Origin: Alphaproteobacteria bacterium
Lineage (GTDB): Bacteria > Pseudomonadota > Alphaproteobacteria > UBA11222
Assembly: GCA_009693835.1 (NCBI GenBank)
Contig: SHWM01000001.1
Location: 9,571-73,570, forward strand
Reading direction: 5' to 3'
Length of the DNA stretch: 64,000 nucleotides
In this document: one piece after another, positions 33,979 through 46,200 of the stretch
Layout: each line of letters starts with the position of its first letter
How positions within the stretch are numbered: position 1 is the stretch's first letter
Notes under the pieces: model-generated
What the model was told of the DNA's origin: nothing
Seen by the model: only the letters and a program-made list of their open reading frames with translations
The model's database searches: none
Program-made: the position numbers and the translations under genes

Positions 33979-34215
33979 CTATTGCGCCTGGATTAGGTCG
34001 CGGATGGAAACAGCGATGGTTTCTCCCTGGATCATGATCTCGCCTCTCGCCACGAGGCGCTTGTTGGCAAAGATCAGCACCGGGTCGGTCTGCAGGGGTT
34101 CAAGTTCGATCACCGCGCCGCGCCCCATTTTCAATAATTGATGAATCGGCATGGTGGCTTGTCCCAGCACTACCGAAACTTCAATTTTAACGCTATCTAT
34201 TGCTTTAGCTGGCAC
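33979..34215 (-). CDS. FliN/YscQ-type SpoA-domain protein (orphan, 78 aa)
   Basis: It matches the C-terminal surface-presentation-of-antigens domain of FliN (VVLGQATMPIHQLLKMGRGAVIELEPLQTDPVLIFANKRLVARGEIMIQGETIAVSI). No other flagellar or T3SS genes are present in the window. Confidence 0.6.
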   Translation of the reverse strand: MPAKAIDSVKIEVSVVLGQATMPIHQLLKMGRGAVIELEPLQTDPVLIFANKRLVARGEIMIQGETIAVSIRDLIQAQ

Positions 34216-34348
34216 GTTAAACGGATCCCCAATTCCCTGTACTGATGGGGCCTATTATTCTCTAAATGGGGTTAGGGAACAGTTAAGTAGATGGCAGTAA
34301 TTCGCGAATTACTGTCTGGTATTTCCAGATTTGTTATAAGGCCGGAAA

Positions 34349-35038
34349 TTGATGGATAACTGCCCGCTAGAAGAACCGTTTAATACAATCAAAGTCGTCA
34401 TGCCCCCGGTAATGTGGCGCGTGGAGGATAGGCCCATCGGCTATCTGGAGGCTGTTCATTCCATGGAAACCCGGGTTGCCGCCATTCGTGCGGGAAGCGC
34501 CGGCGAGATGGTCTGGCTTCTGGAACATCCGCCCATCTATACGGCAGGCACCAGCGCCAAACCTCGGGATCTACTGCAATCAGACCGGTTTCCCGTCCAT
34601 GAAACCGGGCGCGGCGGGCAATATACCTATCACGGGCCTGGGCAACGGGTTGCCTATGTGATGCTGGATCTGAACAGGCGAGGGCCGGATATCCGCCAAT
34701 ATGTCTGTAATCTGGAAAAGTGGCTGATCAGTATACTTGCCTCCTTCAATGTCACGGGTGAGCACAGGGAAGGACGGGTGGGCATATGGGTCAGGCGCCC
34801 GGATGGCGGTGAAGACAAGATTGCCGCCATTGGCGTTCGTGTCCGCCGCTGGGTCAGCTATCATGGCGTGAGTATTAATCTGGATCCGGATCTGTCTCAC
34901 TATGACGGCATCGTGCCCTGCGGCGTTCAGGAATTTGGTGTGACCAGTCTGGCAAGACTGGGTGTGAAAGTCACCATGAACGAACTGGACAGGGCCATGA
35001 AAGAATGTTTTGTGCCCATTTTCGGACCGGTGGCTTAG
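34349..35038 (+). CDS. lipB: Octanoyltransferase (lipoyl(octanoyl) transferase)
   Basis: The LipB family is recognised from [21 protein letters not shown], the catalytic Cys/Lys region and [26 protein letters not shown]. Confidence 0.88.
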   Translation: MMDNCPLEEPFNTIKVVMPPVMWRVEDRPIGYLEAVHSMETRVAAIRAGSAGEMVWLLEHPPIYTAGTSAKPRDLLQSDRFPVHETGRGGQYTYHGPGQRVAYVMLDLNRRGPDIRQYVCNLEKWLISILASFNVTGEHREGRVGIWVRRPDGGEDKIAAIGVRVRRWVSYHGVSINLDPDLSHYDGIVPCGVQEFGVTSLARLGVKVTMNELDRAMKECFVPIFGPVA

Positions 35039-35199
35039 GGTCAATAGTATATCAGGCCGTGCCCGGGCTGATGTGGATATGGCATTTAGTAACGTCGGCG
35101 TTGGCGTCGGATACCGCTTTTGATCTTAATCATTCTTACATCCGGAACATGTTGCCTGGCTTAATCCTGCCATAGCAGCCAAGAAGAGAGATATCATCA

Positions 35200-35674
35200 G
35201 TGTTGAGCGCGCAGACCAAGGCCGTCATCAAATCCACAGCTCCGGTTTTACAGGAGCACGGCAAGGCGATCACCGCCCGCATGTATCAGATCGCATTCGC
35301 GGCGCGCCCTGAATTTAAGCGATTTTTTGAAAATACCTGGATGAAGTTTCCCGCCAGGCGGGCCGCAACCGGCGCGGCTGGCCGAAGCTGTGTGCGCCTA
35401 TGCGCAGAATATTGATAATCTGGATGCGTTGAAAGCGCCTCTGGAGCATATCGCCCGCAAACATGCCGGCACACGAGTTACTGCCGAGCAGTATCCGGTC
35501 GTTGGGACGTGTCTGTTGCAGGCGATCAAGGATGTCCTGGGGGATGCGGCAACGGCCGAAGTCATGACCGCCTGGGGGCTGGCCTATAATTTTCTGGCCG
35601 ATACGCTGATTAATCTGGAAAAACAGATTTATCGCGAGGAAGACGCGAAAATGACGGCTGGCGTTAAAAAATAA
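35200..35674 (+). pseudogene. Single-domain bacterial haemoglobin (Vgb/Hmp-N-terminal-like), frameshifted near 35350
   Basis: ORF1 (MLSAQTKAVIKSTAPVLQEHGKAITARMYQIAFAARPEFKRFFEN) matches the Vgb N-terminus. ORF2 in another frame (AYAQNIDNLDALKAPLEHIARKHA...VVGTCLLQAIKDVLGDAATAEVMTAWGLAY) matches helices E to H. The join falls at a CCC run around 35350-35356. Confidence 0.65.
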
Positions 35675-35772
35675 CAACATGATTAATAATTACTGCAAAA
35701 AATGGGGCTGCAGCCCCATTTTTTATCTCAGCCCAATATAGCATTCTCGTCCTGTGGCAGGTCCTTACCGCT

Positions 35773-36189
35773 CTACATGGCGGCGGCGGGCACCGCCGTC
35801 AGCACCGCATAGGCGATCATGATCGTGCCGGTCAGACCCACAAAAAAGGCGAGCGTTCGAGAAGCCAGGGCGCTGACGCCAGCGATATACAACACCGCAT
35901 AGATGATCCGGGCGCCAAGAAACAGTTGCGCGCCAAGAACGGTCAGACTGGTGTGCACATTACCCAGATGCGCCACAATCACCAGTAAACCAAAAACCAG
36001 AAGACTTTCCAGATGATTGAGATAGGTGCGGCGCGCCCGCGCTCCCCAGCCAGAGACATTGGCAGGCGTATCCCGGTTGCCGATAGCCCACTCCAGCCCC
36101 ATCGCCATGATATTGGCGTTGGCCGAAATCAAAATCAGCACGATCAGCAGCACGGTACTCCATGCGAGGATGGTCAATTCTACGGTCAT
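35773..36189 (-). CDS. MAPEG-family membrane protein
   Basis: A 138-aa protein with four TM segments and a bacterial MAPEG family pattern (ANANIMAMGLEWAIGNRD...HLESLLVFGLLVIVAHL). Confidence 0.6.
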   Translation of the reverse strand: MTVELTILAWSTVLLIVLILISANANIMAMGLEWAIGNRDTPANVSGWGARARRTYLNHLESLLVFGLLVIVAHLGNVHTSLTVLGAQLFLGARIIYAVLYIAGVSALASRTLAFFVGLTGTIMIAYAVLTAVPAAAM

Positions 36190-36257
36190 TGGTTTCCCCC
36201 ATTTTTTCCATCGGAATTATTCCCTAAACACCATGCCCAAAAAGCGGGCATCCGTAA

Positions 36258-38303
<2,046 letters not shown>

Positions 38304-38309
38304 TCCCGG

Positions 38310-39138
38310 ATGCCAGGAGTGTTGCGGGGCGCGGGAGCGGTTGTAGCGCTGTGTGCTGGCTTTTATTCCATGCAGGCGCAGGCGGCATGGCTGCAGACAA
38401 AGGGCGAGGGGCTGATCATCGGCTCCGTCAGCACCTATCATTCCCATGTACGTTTTGACCGCCAGGGATTGAGATCGGCCGGCAGGAAGTACAACAAACA
38501 GAAATTATCCGTTTACGGAGTTTATGAGCTGACCGGCAGACTGACGGTGGGCGCGCAGCCGAGTTTCTTTCAGGTGCGCACCGAAAACGGCATTTCGTCC
38601 GGCCGTGAGAGCATGCAGGGCCTCTCGCAGATCGATCTGTTCGCCAGGACAAGAATTGCTGCGGCCGATTACTGGATTTTGTCTGGCCAGGCCCTGCTTA
38701 AATTTCCCGGCCCAAGGGCCGTGGACCGGGAGCCACTACTTGAAAATGCGAGCCGCGACGCCGAGGCCCGCCTGCTGTTGGGGCGAAGCGGGCGGGCGGC
38801 TGGTCAGGCAATTATTGAATATTGAATTTTTTTCTTCCATAGAGGCTGGCTACCGGGTCAGGGACGGCGGCGCCGCAGACCAGTGGCGGGCGGATGCGGC
38901 CTTTGGGGTGCGGCCCCTGCAGAATTATCAGATCATTGTGCAGAGTTTTAATATTGTTTCCTCTCGAACGCCTGAGGATTCTGATCCCACGGCCTATGAT
39001 TTATTCAAGGCGCAGATTTCTGTCGTGCGGGATCTTCCGCATGGCATGGCCTTGCAGGCTGGCGCGTCCAGTGAATATGCAGGGCGCAATATTGGGGCCG
39101 GCAATGGCCTGTTCATGGCCGTCTGGTCACGCTTTTGA
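38310..39138 (+). pseudogene. Hypothetical outer-membrane beta-barrel protein (C-terminal Phe), frameshifted at a T7 run (~38828-38834)
   Basis: ORF1 38310..38825 has a signal peptide (AVVALCAGFYSMQAQA) and beta-strand-like segments. ORF2 from ~38810 continues in another frame (FFSSIEAGYRVRDGG...GNGLFMAVWSRF) and ends in the aromatic C-terminal residue typical of OMPs. Confidence 0.5.
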
Positions 39139-39153
39139 GAGGGGATTACCGGA

Positions 39154-40125
39154 ATGACGGATAGTAAAACCCGGCAGCTAGTTGTCGATATACCTGTATC
39201 GATGTTCGCCGCCGTACTGGGGGTTGCAGGGCTGGGAATCGCCTGGCGCAAAGCGGCCCCGGTTACGGGCGCGGCGCCCTGGATAGGTGAAGTGCTTATT
39301 TTTACCGGTGTCCTGCTGTTCGCATGGATCGCTGCGGCCTACGGCCTGAAGATCGCCCGCGCCCCTGCGGCCATGCGGGAGGAGGCCAATGATCTGAAGC
39401 GGGTGGCTTTCTTCGCCACAGTTCCGATGAGCCTGCAACTTTTTGCAGCGGGCGCCCTGCCGCTGGATCCGGTGATTGCCATGCTTCTGTGGATCATCGG
39501 CACTGCGGCGCAAATATGTCTCCTGGTGATCATCCTTATGCTCTGGATGCAGGGTGGGCATACGCGGCGGATGTTCCAGCCCTCGTTATTTTTGCCCACG
39601 GCGGGCGTGCTGCTGGGTCCGGCTACGGGGTACTATCTGGGTTTTATAGAAATTAGCTGGATGATGTTCTCTCTTGGGCTGCTGGTGTGGCTGTTTTTTC
39701 TTGCGATGCTCTTTGACCGGTTATTTTTCGATATGCCCCTTGCCGATGAGGAGCTTCCGCAACTGGCGATTTCGGCGTCGCCCCCAGCGCTCGCGTTCAT
39801 GTCGTATATCGCCCTGAACCAGCACATGATTGATGGTTTTGCGCGCTTCCTGTTCTACGCCACCATGTTGTTTGTGATGTTAACGCTTGCCCATGCCAGC
39901 CGGCTGGCGCGTCTTCGGTTCAGCCTCGCCTGGTGGTCATTTACGTTTCCATCGGTCGCCGTAGCGGGCGCGGCCATGGACTATGGCGGCGCGACCGGAT
40001 CGGGTTTTCCCGCAATTCTGTGTATGGTGCTGTTGGCTATGGCGACGGCGATTGTGAGCTATTGCAGCGCCTGCACCCTGAAAAGACTTTATGACGGCAG
40101 CCTGTTCAGAAAAATCAGCGAATAA
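39154..40125 (+). CDS. TDT-family (TehA/SLAC1-like) tellurite-resistance/dicarboxylate-type anion channel
   Basis: A 323-aa protein with ten TM segments and a TehA-like pattern (FAAVLGVAGLGIAW; WWSFTFPSVAVAGAAM). Confidence 0.7.
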   Translation: MTDSKTRQLVVDIPVSMFAAVLGVAGLGIAWRKAAPVTGAAPWIGEVLIFTGVLLFAWIAAAYGLKIARAPAAMREEANDLKRVAFFATVPMSLQLFAAGALPLDPVIAMLLWIIGTAAQICLLVIILMLWMQGGHTRRMFQPSLFLPTAGVLLGPATGYYLGFIEISWMMFSLGLLVWLFFLAMLFDRLFFDMPLADEELPQLAISASPPALAFMSYIALNQHMIDGFARFLFYATMLFVMLTLAHASRLARLRFSLAWWSFTFPSVAVAGAAMDYGGATGSGFPAILCMVLLAMATAIVSYCSACTLKRLYDGSLFRKISE

Positions 40126-40141
40126 TTTTGAGGAGTTCCCC

Positions 40142-40627
40142 TCAGGCCGGGGTCAAATCTGCCCAGTCATCGGCGGCGCAATCAAATATGGCCAGTGCGC
40201 CCAGGGGCAGATCATTTGCAAACGGATCGGGCGCTCCGGCGGCTGGACGATTGATCAGCCGGGCCAGGTCGCAAATGCCGGGCGCAATGCTGAGCATCAG
40301 CAGGCTCTGTTGTCCGGCATCCGTCTCCTGCAACCGCTGCAGCAGCGCATCGCCACGTGCTAAATGGATGTGAAAGTCATAGGCCAGCTCAGGCATTTTG
40401 CCGGTGGTATGCGCCAGATAAGGCCAGATATGGGCGAGCGTCTGACGGGTGCGGGTGGCGGTCGAACAGATTACATTTTCAGGCAGGTACCCATTGGCCT
40501 GCATGCGCTTGCCGGCCGCCATGGCGGCGATTTCTCCGCGCCGGGTGAGAGGGCGATGATAGTCCTTGAGGGTGGAGGCCGTTACGCTTCTATGCCGCAT
40601 ACTGCGTAAAAGATAGAGCCGTTTCAT
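40142..40627 (-). CDS. Histidine phosphatase family protein (SixA-like)
   Basis: A 161-aa protein with the N-terminal LYLLRxxxxS-like RHG-motif region and SixA-like length. Confidence is moderate because the RHG motif is degenerate (LLRSMRHRS). Confidence 0.5.
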   Translation of the reverse strand: MKRLYLLRSMRHRSVTASTLKDYHRPLTRRGEIAAMAAGKRMQANGYLPENVICSTATRTRQTLAHIWPYLAHTTGKMPELAYDFHIHLARGDALLQRLQETDAGQQSLLMLSIAPGICDLARLINRPAAGAPDPFANDLPLGALAIFDCAADDWADLTPA

Positions 40628-42216
40628 CCCGGCGCACCGGAACGCCTGTCCGCCGCGAGCGCCGCTGTGATCAGACTGCAGGTTTCATCCACGCCATAAA
40701 GCGCGACGAATGACCCCATGCGGGGGCCCTGGCTTTGCCCGAGAAGCACTTCATAGAGCGCGCGGAACCAGTCGCGCAGATTGTCAAATCCGTGGGCTTT
40801 TCCGGTTTCAAACACCAGGTTTTGCAACTGTTCGGCGCTGGCGCCCGCGTCGAGGGCGGCAAGACGGCCCTTCAGATCATTCATCGCCGCCTTTTCCTGA
40901 TCCGTGGGCGGACGATAATTCTTGGATGGCAGGACGAAGTCGTGATAATAGGCGACGGCATAGTGCACCATCCGGTCAAGAATGGGGTGATCCGCAGACA
41001 TGACACCCGGCAGATAGCGGGCGATAAACCCCCACAGCACGGCGCTGTCGCTGCTGTTGCTGGCGCTCGCCAGATTAAGCAGCATGGAAAAGGAAACCGG
41101 CACTTCTTCACGCGGTGGCGACCCGCGGTGAATATGCCAGACCGGGTTGGACAACTGTTCGGCGGGCGGTTTCCCGGCAAAACTGTCGAGATGCGCAATA
41201 TATTCATCCACGGCCTTGGGAATCACGTCGAAATGCAGCCGCTTGGCCGTGCGCGGCTTTTGAAACATGTAGAGCTGCAGGCTTTCCGGCGAGGCATAGT
41301 GCAGCCACTCATCAATGGTCAGGCCATTGCCGCGCGATTTGGAAATGCGTTCGCCATTCTCATCCAGGAATAGCTCATATGTCAGCACCTCCGGCGGCTT
41401 TCCGCCGATGGCCTTGCAGATGCGGCTGCCCATCTGTACGGAACTGATCAGATCCTTGCCGGACATTTCATAATCCACTTCCAATGCTGCCCAGCGCATC
41501 GCCCAGTCCGCCCGCCACTGCAATTTGCAGCGCCCGCCGGTGACAAGTGTTTCCACCAGCGATCCGTCTTCGCCGCGGTACACAATGCTGTCCGACGCCG
41601 GGCGCAGCTCGACCACCGGCACTTCCAGAACCCGGCCGGTTTTGGCGCAGACCGGCAGAAACGGGCTATAGGTTTTGCGCCGCTCCTCGCCCAACTCGGG
41701 AAGAACGACATTGATCACCGCGTCATAATTTTTCAGGACATTGCGCAAGGCATTATCGAATTTTCCTGACCGGTACATCTCCGTGGCGCTGAAAAATTCA
41801 TACTCGAATCCAAACGCATCCAGAAACGCGCGCAGCCGCGCATTATTATGTGCGCCAAAGCTGGAGAATTTGCCGAAGGGGTCCGGCACATCGGTGAGCG
41901 GTTTTTTCAGGTGCGGCAGCATGATGGCGCCGTTGGGAATATTGTCCGGCACACGGCGCAGCCCGTCCATATCATCGGAGAAACAGACCAGGCGGGTAGG
42001 CACATCGCTGATTTGCTCGAAGGCAAAGCGCACCATGCTGGTGCGCGCCACTTCGCCGAACGTGCCGATATGCGGAAGTCCGCTGGGCCCATAGCCGGTC
42101 TCGAATAGCACATGTCCCTTGGCGGGCATCTTACCGCCGATTCTGGAGAGAACCTTGCGCGCCTCTTCAAAGGGCCAGGCCTTGCTGGCAAGACATATAT
42201 CGCGCGAAATGGCCAT
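40624..42216 (-). CDS. lysK: Lysine--tRNA ligase, class I
   Basis: A 530-aa ORF with the class-I HIGH (PSGLPHIGTFGE) and KMSKS-like (SGKDLISS/KISKSRGN) motifs. Archaeal-type class-I LysRS is typical of many alphaproteobacteria. Confidence 0.88.
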   Translation of the reverse strand: MAISRDICLASKAWPFEEARKVLSRIGGKMPAKGHVLFETGYGPSGLPHIGTFGEVARTSMVRFAFEQISDVPTRLVCFSDDMDGLRRVPDNIPNGAIMLPHLKKPLTDVPDPFGKFSSFGAHNNARLRAFLDAFGFEYEFFSATEMYRSGKFDNALRNVLKNYDAVINVVLPELGEERRKTYSPFLPVCAKTGRVLEVPVVELRPASDSIVYRGEDGSLVETLVTGGRCKLQWRADWAMRWAALEVDYEMSGKDLISSVQMGSRICKAIGGKPPEVLTYELFLDENGERISKSRGNGLTIDEWLHYASPESLQLYMFQKPRTAKRLHFDVIPKAVDEYIAHLDSFAGKPPAEQLSNPVWHIHRGSPPREEVPVSFSMLLNLASASNSSDSAVLWGFIARYLPGVMSADHPILDRMVHYAVAYYHDFVLPSKNYRPPTDQEKAAMNDLKGRLAALDAGASAEQLQNLVFETGKAHGFDNLRDWFRALYEVLLGQSQGPRMGSFVALYGVDETCSLITAALAADRRSGAPG

Positions 42217-42503
42217 GAAACTTACTCAAATGGAATTGGCAGATGAGGTATGTATCTGATCAACCAGCGCAATGGGCAAGAATAAAAGTGGAATTGCCGG
42301 AAACCCGATATCCGCCAGATGGCGCGACGCCCGCATCACAGTGCCCAGCAAAGAGAAACCCCCGCCATAAGCGAGATGGCGGGGGCCTTCAGACATGTGT
42401 ACGGGGGAGTACAAAATTGATACTGGCCTCCCATAAAGGCGGAGGCGGGGCGGGAATAAGGCCATTTTGTGTCAAAACGTGACCGGGATCACCTTCCTGT
42501 CAT

Positions 42504-43139
42504 TTGGAAGTTAGCCATCCCTTGGCGACGCCGGGGTTCCATGCTTATTTATTGGGTATGAACGCCCGCATGCCCTATTCCCTGTTTGCCGCCATATATG
42601 GCGCGCTGTTGGCGTGGCTGCTGATTTATGCCCCGCCTGCACAGGCGGACCAGCGTAACCCCAAGCTTTCTCCATTGTTCGAGAGACTGATGAACAAGGA
42701 GCTTTCGGCGCCCGAGGCGCGCGAAATTGAAGCACAGATATGGCTGCTCTGGCAGCCTTCCGGAAGCGAGACTACGGATCTGTTGCTTGCGCGCGCGGAT
42801 GGTCTATTGCGGGAGGAAGACCCTGAGTCGGCACTCAGCGTACTGGATGAAGTCGTCAGCCTGGCGCCGGATTATGCGGAAGGATGGAATAAACGGGCGA
42901 CCGCCCATTTCCTTCAGGATGACTACAGGGCGGCGCTAAATGATGTCGAACGCACCTTGAGGCTGGAGCCCCGGCACTTTGGCGCATGGTCAGGGTTGGG
43001 CACCATTCTTCTTACGATGGGCGAGGACGCCAGGGCGCTGCGGGCTTATGATCATGCGTTGCAGATCAACCCCCACCTTGAGGAGATCGCCCGGGAGGCC
43101 AAGCGGCTGGAATTAGTCGTAAGAGGCCGCGGCATTTAG
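42504..43139 (+). CDS. Periplasmic TPR-repeat protein
   Basis: A signal peptide (LLAWLLIYAPPAQA) is followed by 3-4 TPR units (AEGWNKRATAHFLQDDYRAALNDVERTLRLEP...). The start may be MNARMPY at 42558. Confidence 0.7.
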   Translation: MEVSHPLATPGFHAYLLGMNARMPYSLFAAIYGALLAWLLIYAPPAQADQRNPKLSPLFERLMNKELSAPEAREIEAQIWLLWQPSGSETTDLLLARADGLLREEDPESALSVLDEVVSLAPDYAEGWNKRATAHFLQDDYRAALNDVERTLRLEPRHFGAWSGLGTILLTMGEDARALRAYDHALQINPHLEEIAREAKRLELVVRGRGI

Positions 43140-43184
43140 GCAGCGGTGTCGGGGACGTCGGCGAGGGTTAGCCAGTCGCCTGGA

Positions 43185-44627
43185 TTAGGGGATTTCCGGC
43201 CGCAGACCGCCGCTGCCCACCATGGCGATATGCAGCACATTGGTGGCCCCCGGAGTACCGAATGGCACTCCCGCGGTAATAACGATGCGCTGGCCGCTGC
43301 GGGCAAACTGTTCGCTGAAGACCAGACGCGACGCCTTGTCCACCATTTCATGAAAATCGCCCACATCCACCGTGCAGACACAATGCAGGCCCCAGGCCAG
43401 GGACAAACGCCGGGCCGTCCCCATGCGGCTGGTAAGGACCATGATGGGCACCAGCGGCCGGGTGCGGGCGACCCGCAGGCCGGTCGACCCTGAATTGGTA
43501 TAGCTGACAATCGCAACGGCATGCACCGTATCCGCTACCGCATGCGCGGCTTCGGCAATGGCATCGGCGGGGGTGGCCTGCGGCGGCGTGCGTAAACCCG
43601 CCAGGGCAGCCGCATAATTCGCGTCATTTTCAACCCGGCAGGCGATGCGGTTCATCATCGTCACCGCCTCGACCGGATATTTACCGGAGGCGGACTCCGC
43701 TGACAGCATAATGGCGTCGGCCCCATCATACACAGCGGTTGCGACGTCGGAAACTTCCGCCCGGGTGGGAATCGGCGCTTCGATCATCGATTCCAGCATC
43801 TGGGTGGCGATCACCACGGGCTTGCCTGCCGCGCGGGCGGCGCGCGTGATCTGCTTCTGCCAGCCGGGAACATGTTCGACCGGCAGTTCCACGCCGAGAT
43901 CGCCGCGCGCGACCATGACCGCATCACTGGCCTCGATAATGCGGGCCAAGTCCTCCAGCGCGGAGGGTTTTTCGATTTTCGCCAGCACGGCCGCACGGCC
44001 GGAAATCAGCCGGCGCGCCTCCACCACATCTTCAAAGCGCTGCACGAAGGAAAGGGCAATCCAGTCGACGCCAAGCGTGGCGACATGCTCCAGATCCGCC
44101 CGGTCTTTGGGGGACAACGCCGTTAGGGGCAGCACGACGTCTGGTACATTGACACCCTTGCGTGAAAGCAGGGTCCCGCCAACCGAGACGGTGGTTTCGG
44201 CGCGGTCCGGCCAGCAGCTGACCACCGTCAGGCGAATCCGGCCATCATCTATCAGCACGGACGATCCGGGCTTGAGCGCCGCGAATATTTCCGGGTGGGG
44301 CAAGGGTGCGCGCCTGGCATTGCCCGCCTGTGGCTCCAGATCGAGTACAAAACTTTGCCCGGCGGTCAGGATGGCGGCGTTTTCACTGATTTCACCGATT
44401 CGCAGTTTTGGTCCCTGCAAATCCGCCAGTATGCCAATGGGGCGATCCAGCTCGGCTTCCACCGCGCGAATCATTTCATACATCCGCGTGGCCGCGTCAT
44501 GGCTGGTATGGCTCATATTGATACGAAACACGTCCGCCCCGGCCAGGAACAATTCGCGGATCATTTGCGGCGAAGCGGTGGCCGGCCCCAGAGTGGCGAG
44601 GACTTTTACTTTTCGATCACGGTGCAT
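43185..44627 (-). CDS. pyk: Pyruvate kinase
   Basis: The ORF runs 43185..44657 with a probable start at MHRDRKVKVLATLGPAT. Conserved MVARGDLGVE and GKPVVIATQMLESM are present. Confidence 0.92.
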   Translation of the reverse strand: MHRDRKVKVLATLGPATASPQMIRELFLAGADVFRINMSHTSHDAATRMYEMIRAVEAELDRPIGILADLQGPKLRIGEISENAAILTAGQSFVLDLEPQAGNARRAPLPHPEIFAALKPGSSVLIDDGRIRLTVVSCWPDRAETTVSVGGTLLSRKGVNVPDVVLPLTALSPKDRADLEHVATLGVDWIALSFVQRFEDVVEARRLISGRAAVLAKIEKPSALEDLARIIEASDAVMVARGDLGVELPVEHVPGWQKQITRAARAAGKPVVIATQMLESMIEAPIPTRAEVSDVATAVYDGADAIMLSAESASGKYPVEAVTMMNRIACRVENDANYAAALAGLRTPPQATPADAIAEAAHAVADTVHAVAIVSYTNSGSTGLRVARTRPLVPIMVLTSRMGTARRLSLAWGLHCVCTVDVGDFHEMVDKASRLVFSEQFARSGQRIVITAGVPFGTPGATNVLHIAMVGSGGLRPEIP

Positions 44628-44736
44628 GGATACGACAACTCCAGATAAACGCCGCACTATATCCCACAGTATGGTTAATAAGTGTTACTCTTAAGCATTG
44701 GACGAGTTCAAAAAGCGAATCGTGTAAATTATTACC

Positions 44737-45495
44737 ATGTCTGGAACATCTCCCGCGCATCCGGCGTTTTCCCTGATCAATCCGGGGGGAGATGCGTCCG
44801 TGCTGCTGGTATGCGATCACGCCAGCAATACCGTGCCTGGGGAATATGAAGTGCTTGGCCTGCCCGACGCGGCCTTTCAGCGCCATATCGCCTATGACAT
44901 CGGGGCGGAGCAGGTCACACGGGCGGTCTCCCGGCTGTTGAATGCGCCCGCCGTGCTGGCGGGATTTTCGCGCCTTCTGATTGACCCGAACCGCGGAGAC
45001 GATGACCCGACCCTGGTGATGAAGCTTTCGGATGGCGCCATCATTCCCGGCAACCGTCACGCCGGGGCGGCGGAGGTGGCGGACCGCATTGCCCGTTTCC
45101 ACAGGCCCTACCACCAGGCAATCGCCGAGCGCATAGCCGCCGCCAGGGCACAGGGCATCACGCCCGCTATCCTCTCTCTGCACAGTTTCACGCCTGTATT
45201 TCAAGGTTTTGTCCGGCCATGGCAGGTTGGCATATTGTGGGACAAGGATGGCCGCATCGCACTGCCCTTGCTGGCTTCTCTCGCGGCGGACGCTGATCTG
45301 TGCGTGGGGGATAATCTGCCTTATTCTGGCGAACTTGTTGGCGACTGCATGTATCAGCACGGCACGCGCAACGCACTGCCCCATGCGCTGATTGAATTGC
45401 GGCAGGATTTGATTGTGGATAAATCAGGCGCACAGCAGTGGGCGGAATTGCTGGCGCGGCATTTGCGTCCTATATTGAAGGAACTGAAGAGGTAA
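44737..45495 (+). CDS. N-formylglutamate amidohydrolase family protein
   Basis: A 252-aa protein with the FGase family pattern (LLVCDHASNTVP; GFSRLLIDPNR; SLHSFTPVF). Confidence 0.8.
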   Translation: MSGTSPAHPAFSLINPGGDASVLLVCDHASNTVPGEYEVLGLPDAAFQRHIAYDIGAEQVTRAVSRLLNAPAVLAGFSRLLIDPNRGDDDPTLVMKLSDGAIIPGNRHAGAAEVADRIARFHRPYHQAIAERIAAARAQGITPAILSLHSFTPVFQGFVRPWQVGILWDKDGRIALPLLASLAADADLCVGDNLPYSGELVGDCMYQHGTRNALPHALIELRQDLIVDKSGAQQWAELLARHLRPILKELKR

Positions 45496-45499
45496 AGAG

Positions 45500-45796
45500 A
45501 TGGACAAGCAAACCCAAATCGAACTCGAGGCAGCCGCCTTCCGCCGCCTGACGCGCCATCTGGCTTCGCGCACCGATGTGCAGAATATCGATCTGATGAT
45601 TCTTGCAGGCTTCTGCCGCAACTGCCTGTCGGACTGGTATAAGGAGGCGGGCGATGAAAAGGGCCTGACCATAGCGCGCGATCAGGCGCGTGAAATTGTT
45701 TATGGCATGCCGTTTGCGGAATGGAAGGCGAAACATCAGACCGAGGCGACGCCCGAACAGCTTGCGGCCATGGCTTCGGCTAAAAAACATGACTGA
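45500..45796 (+). CDS. DUF1244 domain protein
   Basis: A 98-aa protein with conserved FRRLTRHL...GFCRNCLSDWY, in the conserved pyk-DUF1244-DUF2312 neighbourhood. Confidence 0.8.
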   Translation: MDKQTQIELEAAAFRRLTRHLASRTDVQNIDLMILAGFCRNCLSDWYKEAGDEKGLTIARDQAREIVYGMPFAEWKAKHQTEATPEQLAAMASAKKHD

Positions 45797-45819
45797 GATT
45801 CTTGAGGGGAGAGAGAATA

Positions 45820-46071
45820 ATGTCTGACGGAGGCGTTATCGCAGCCGATCAACTGAAAGCCTTTATTGCCCGTGTCGAGCGCTTGGAGGAAGAAAAGGCC
45901 GCCATTGCGGGCGACATCAAGGAGGTTTATTCCGAGGCCAAGGGCAACGGGTTTGACCCTAAAATCATGCGCCATATTGTGTGCCTGCGGAAAATGGACC
46001 GGGATGATTACAGTGAACAGCAGGCGCTGATAGAGCTCTATGCGGCGGCTGTCGGGTTGCCGGGGACGTGA
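45820..46071 (+). CDS. DUF2312 (UPF0335) domain protein
   Basis: The ORF runs 45802..46071 with a start at MSDGGV. The conserved pattern is LKAFIARVERLEEEKAAIAGDIKEVYSEAKGNGFDPKIMR. Confidence 0.8.
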   Translation: MSDGGVIAADQLKAFIARVERLEEEKAAIAGDIKEVYSEAKGNGFDPKIMRHIVCLRKMDRDDYSEQQALIELYAAAVGLPGT

Positions 46072-46200
46072 CCGGATACTTCCGGCTCTGGCGGGTGACG
46101 CGCGCCATATCCTCTGCACGATCGCCTTTGCAAATGTGCTGTAGCCAGGCCAGGCAGGCAAGCCTGAGCGATATTCCATTTCCTGAACCGGAGGGATTGC

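Noticed and set aside
43645-44694. A 349-aa + strand ORF antisense to pyruvate kinase
   Set aside because: It has Ser/Arg/Ala-rich low-complexity sequence opposite the conserved pyk gene.
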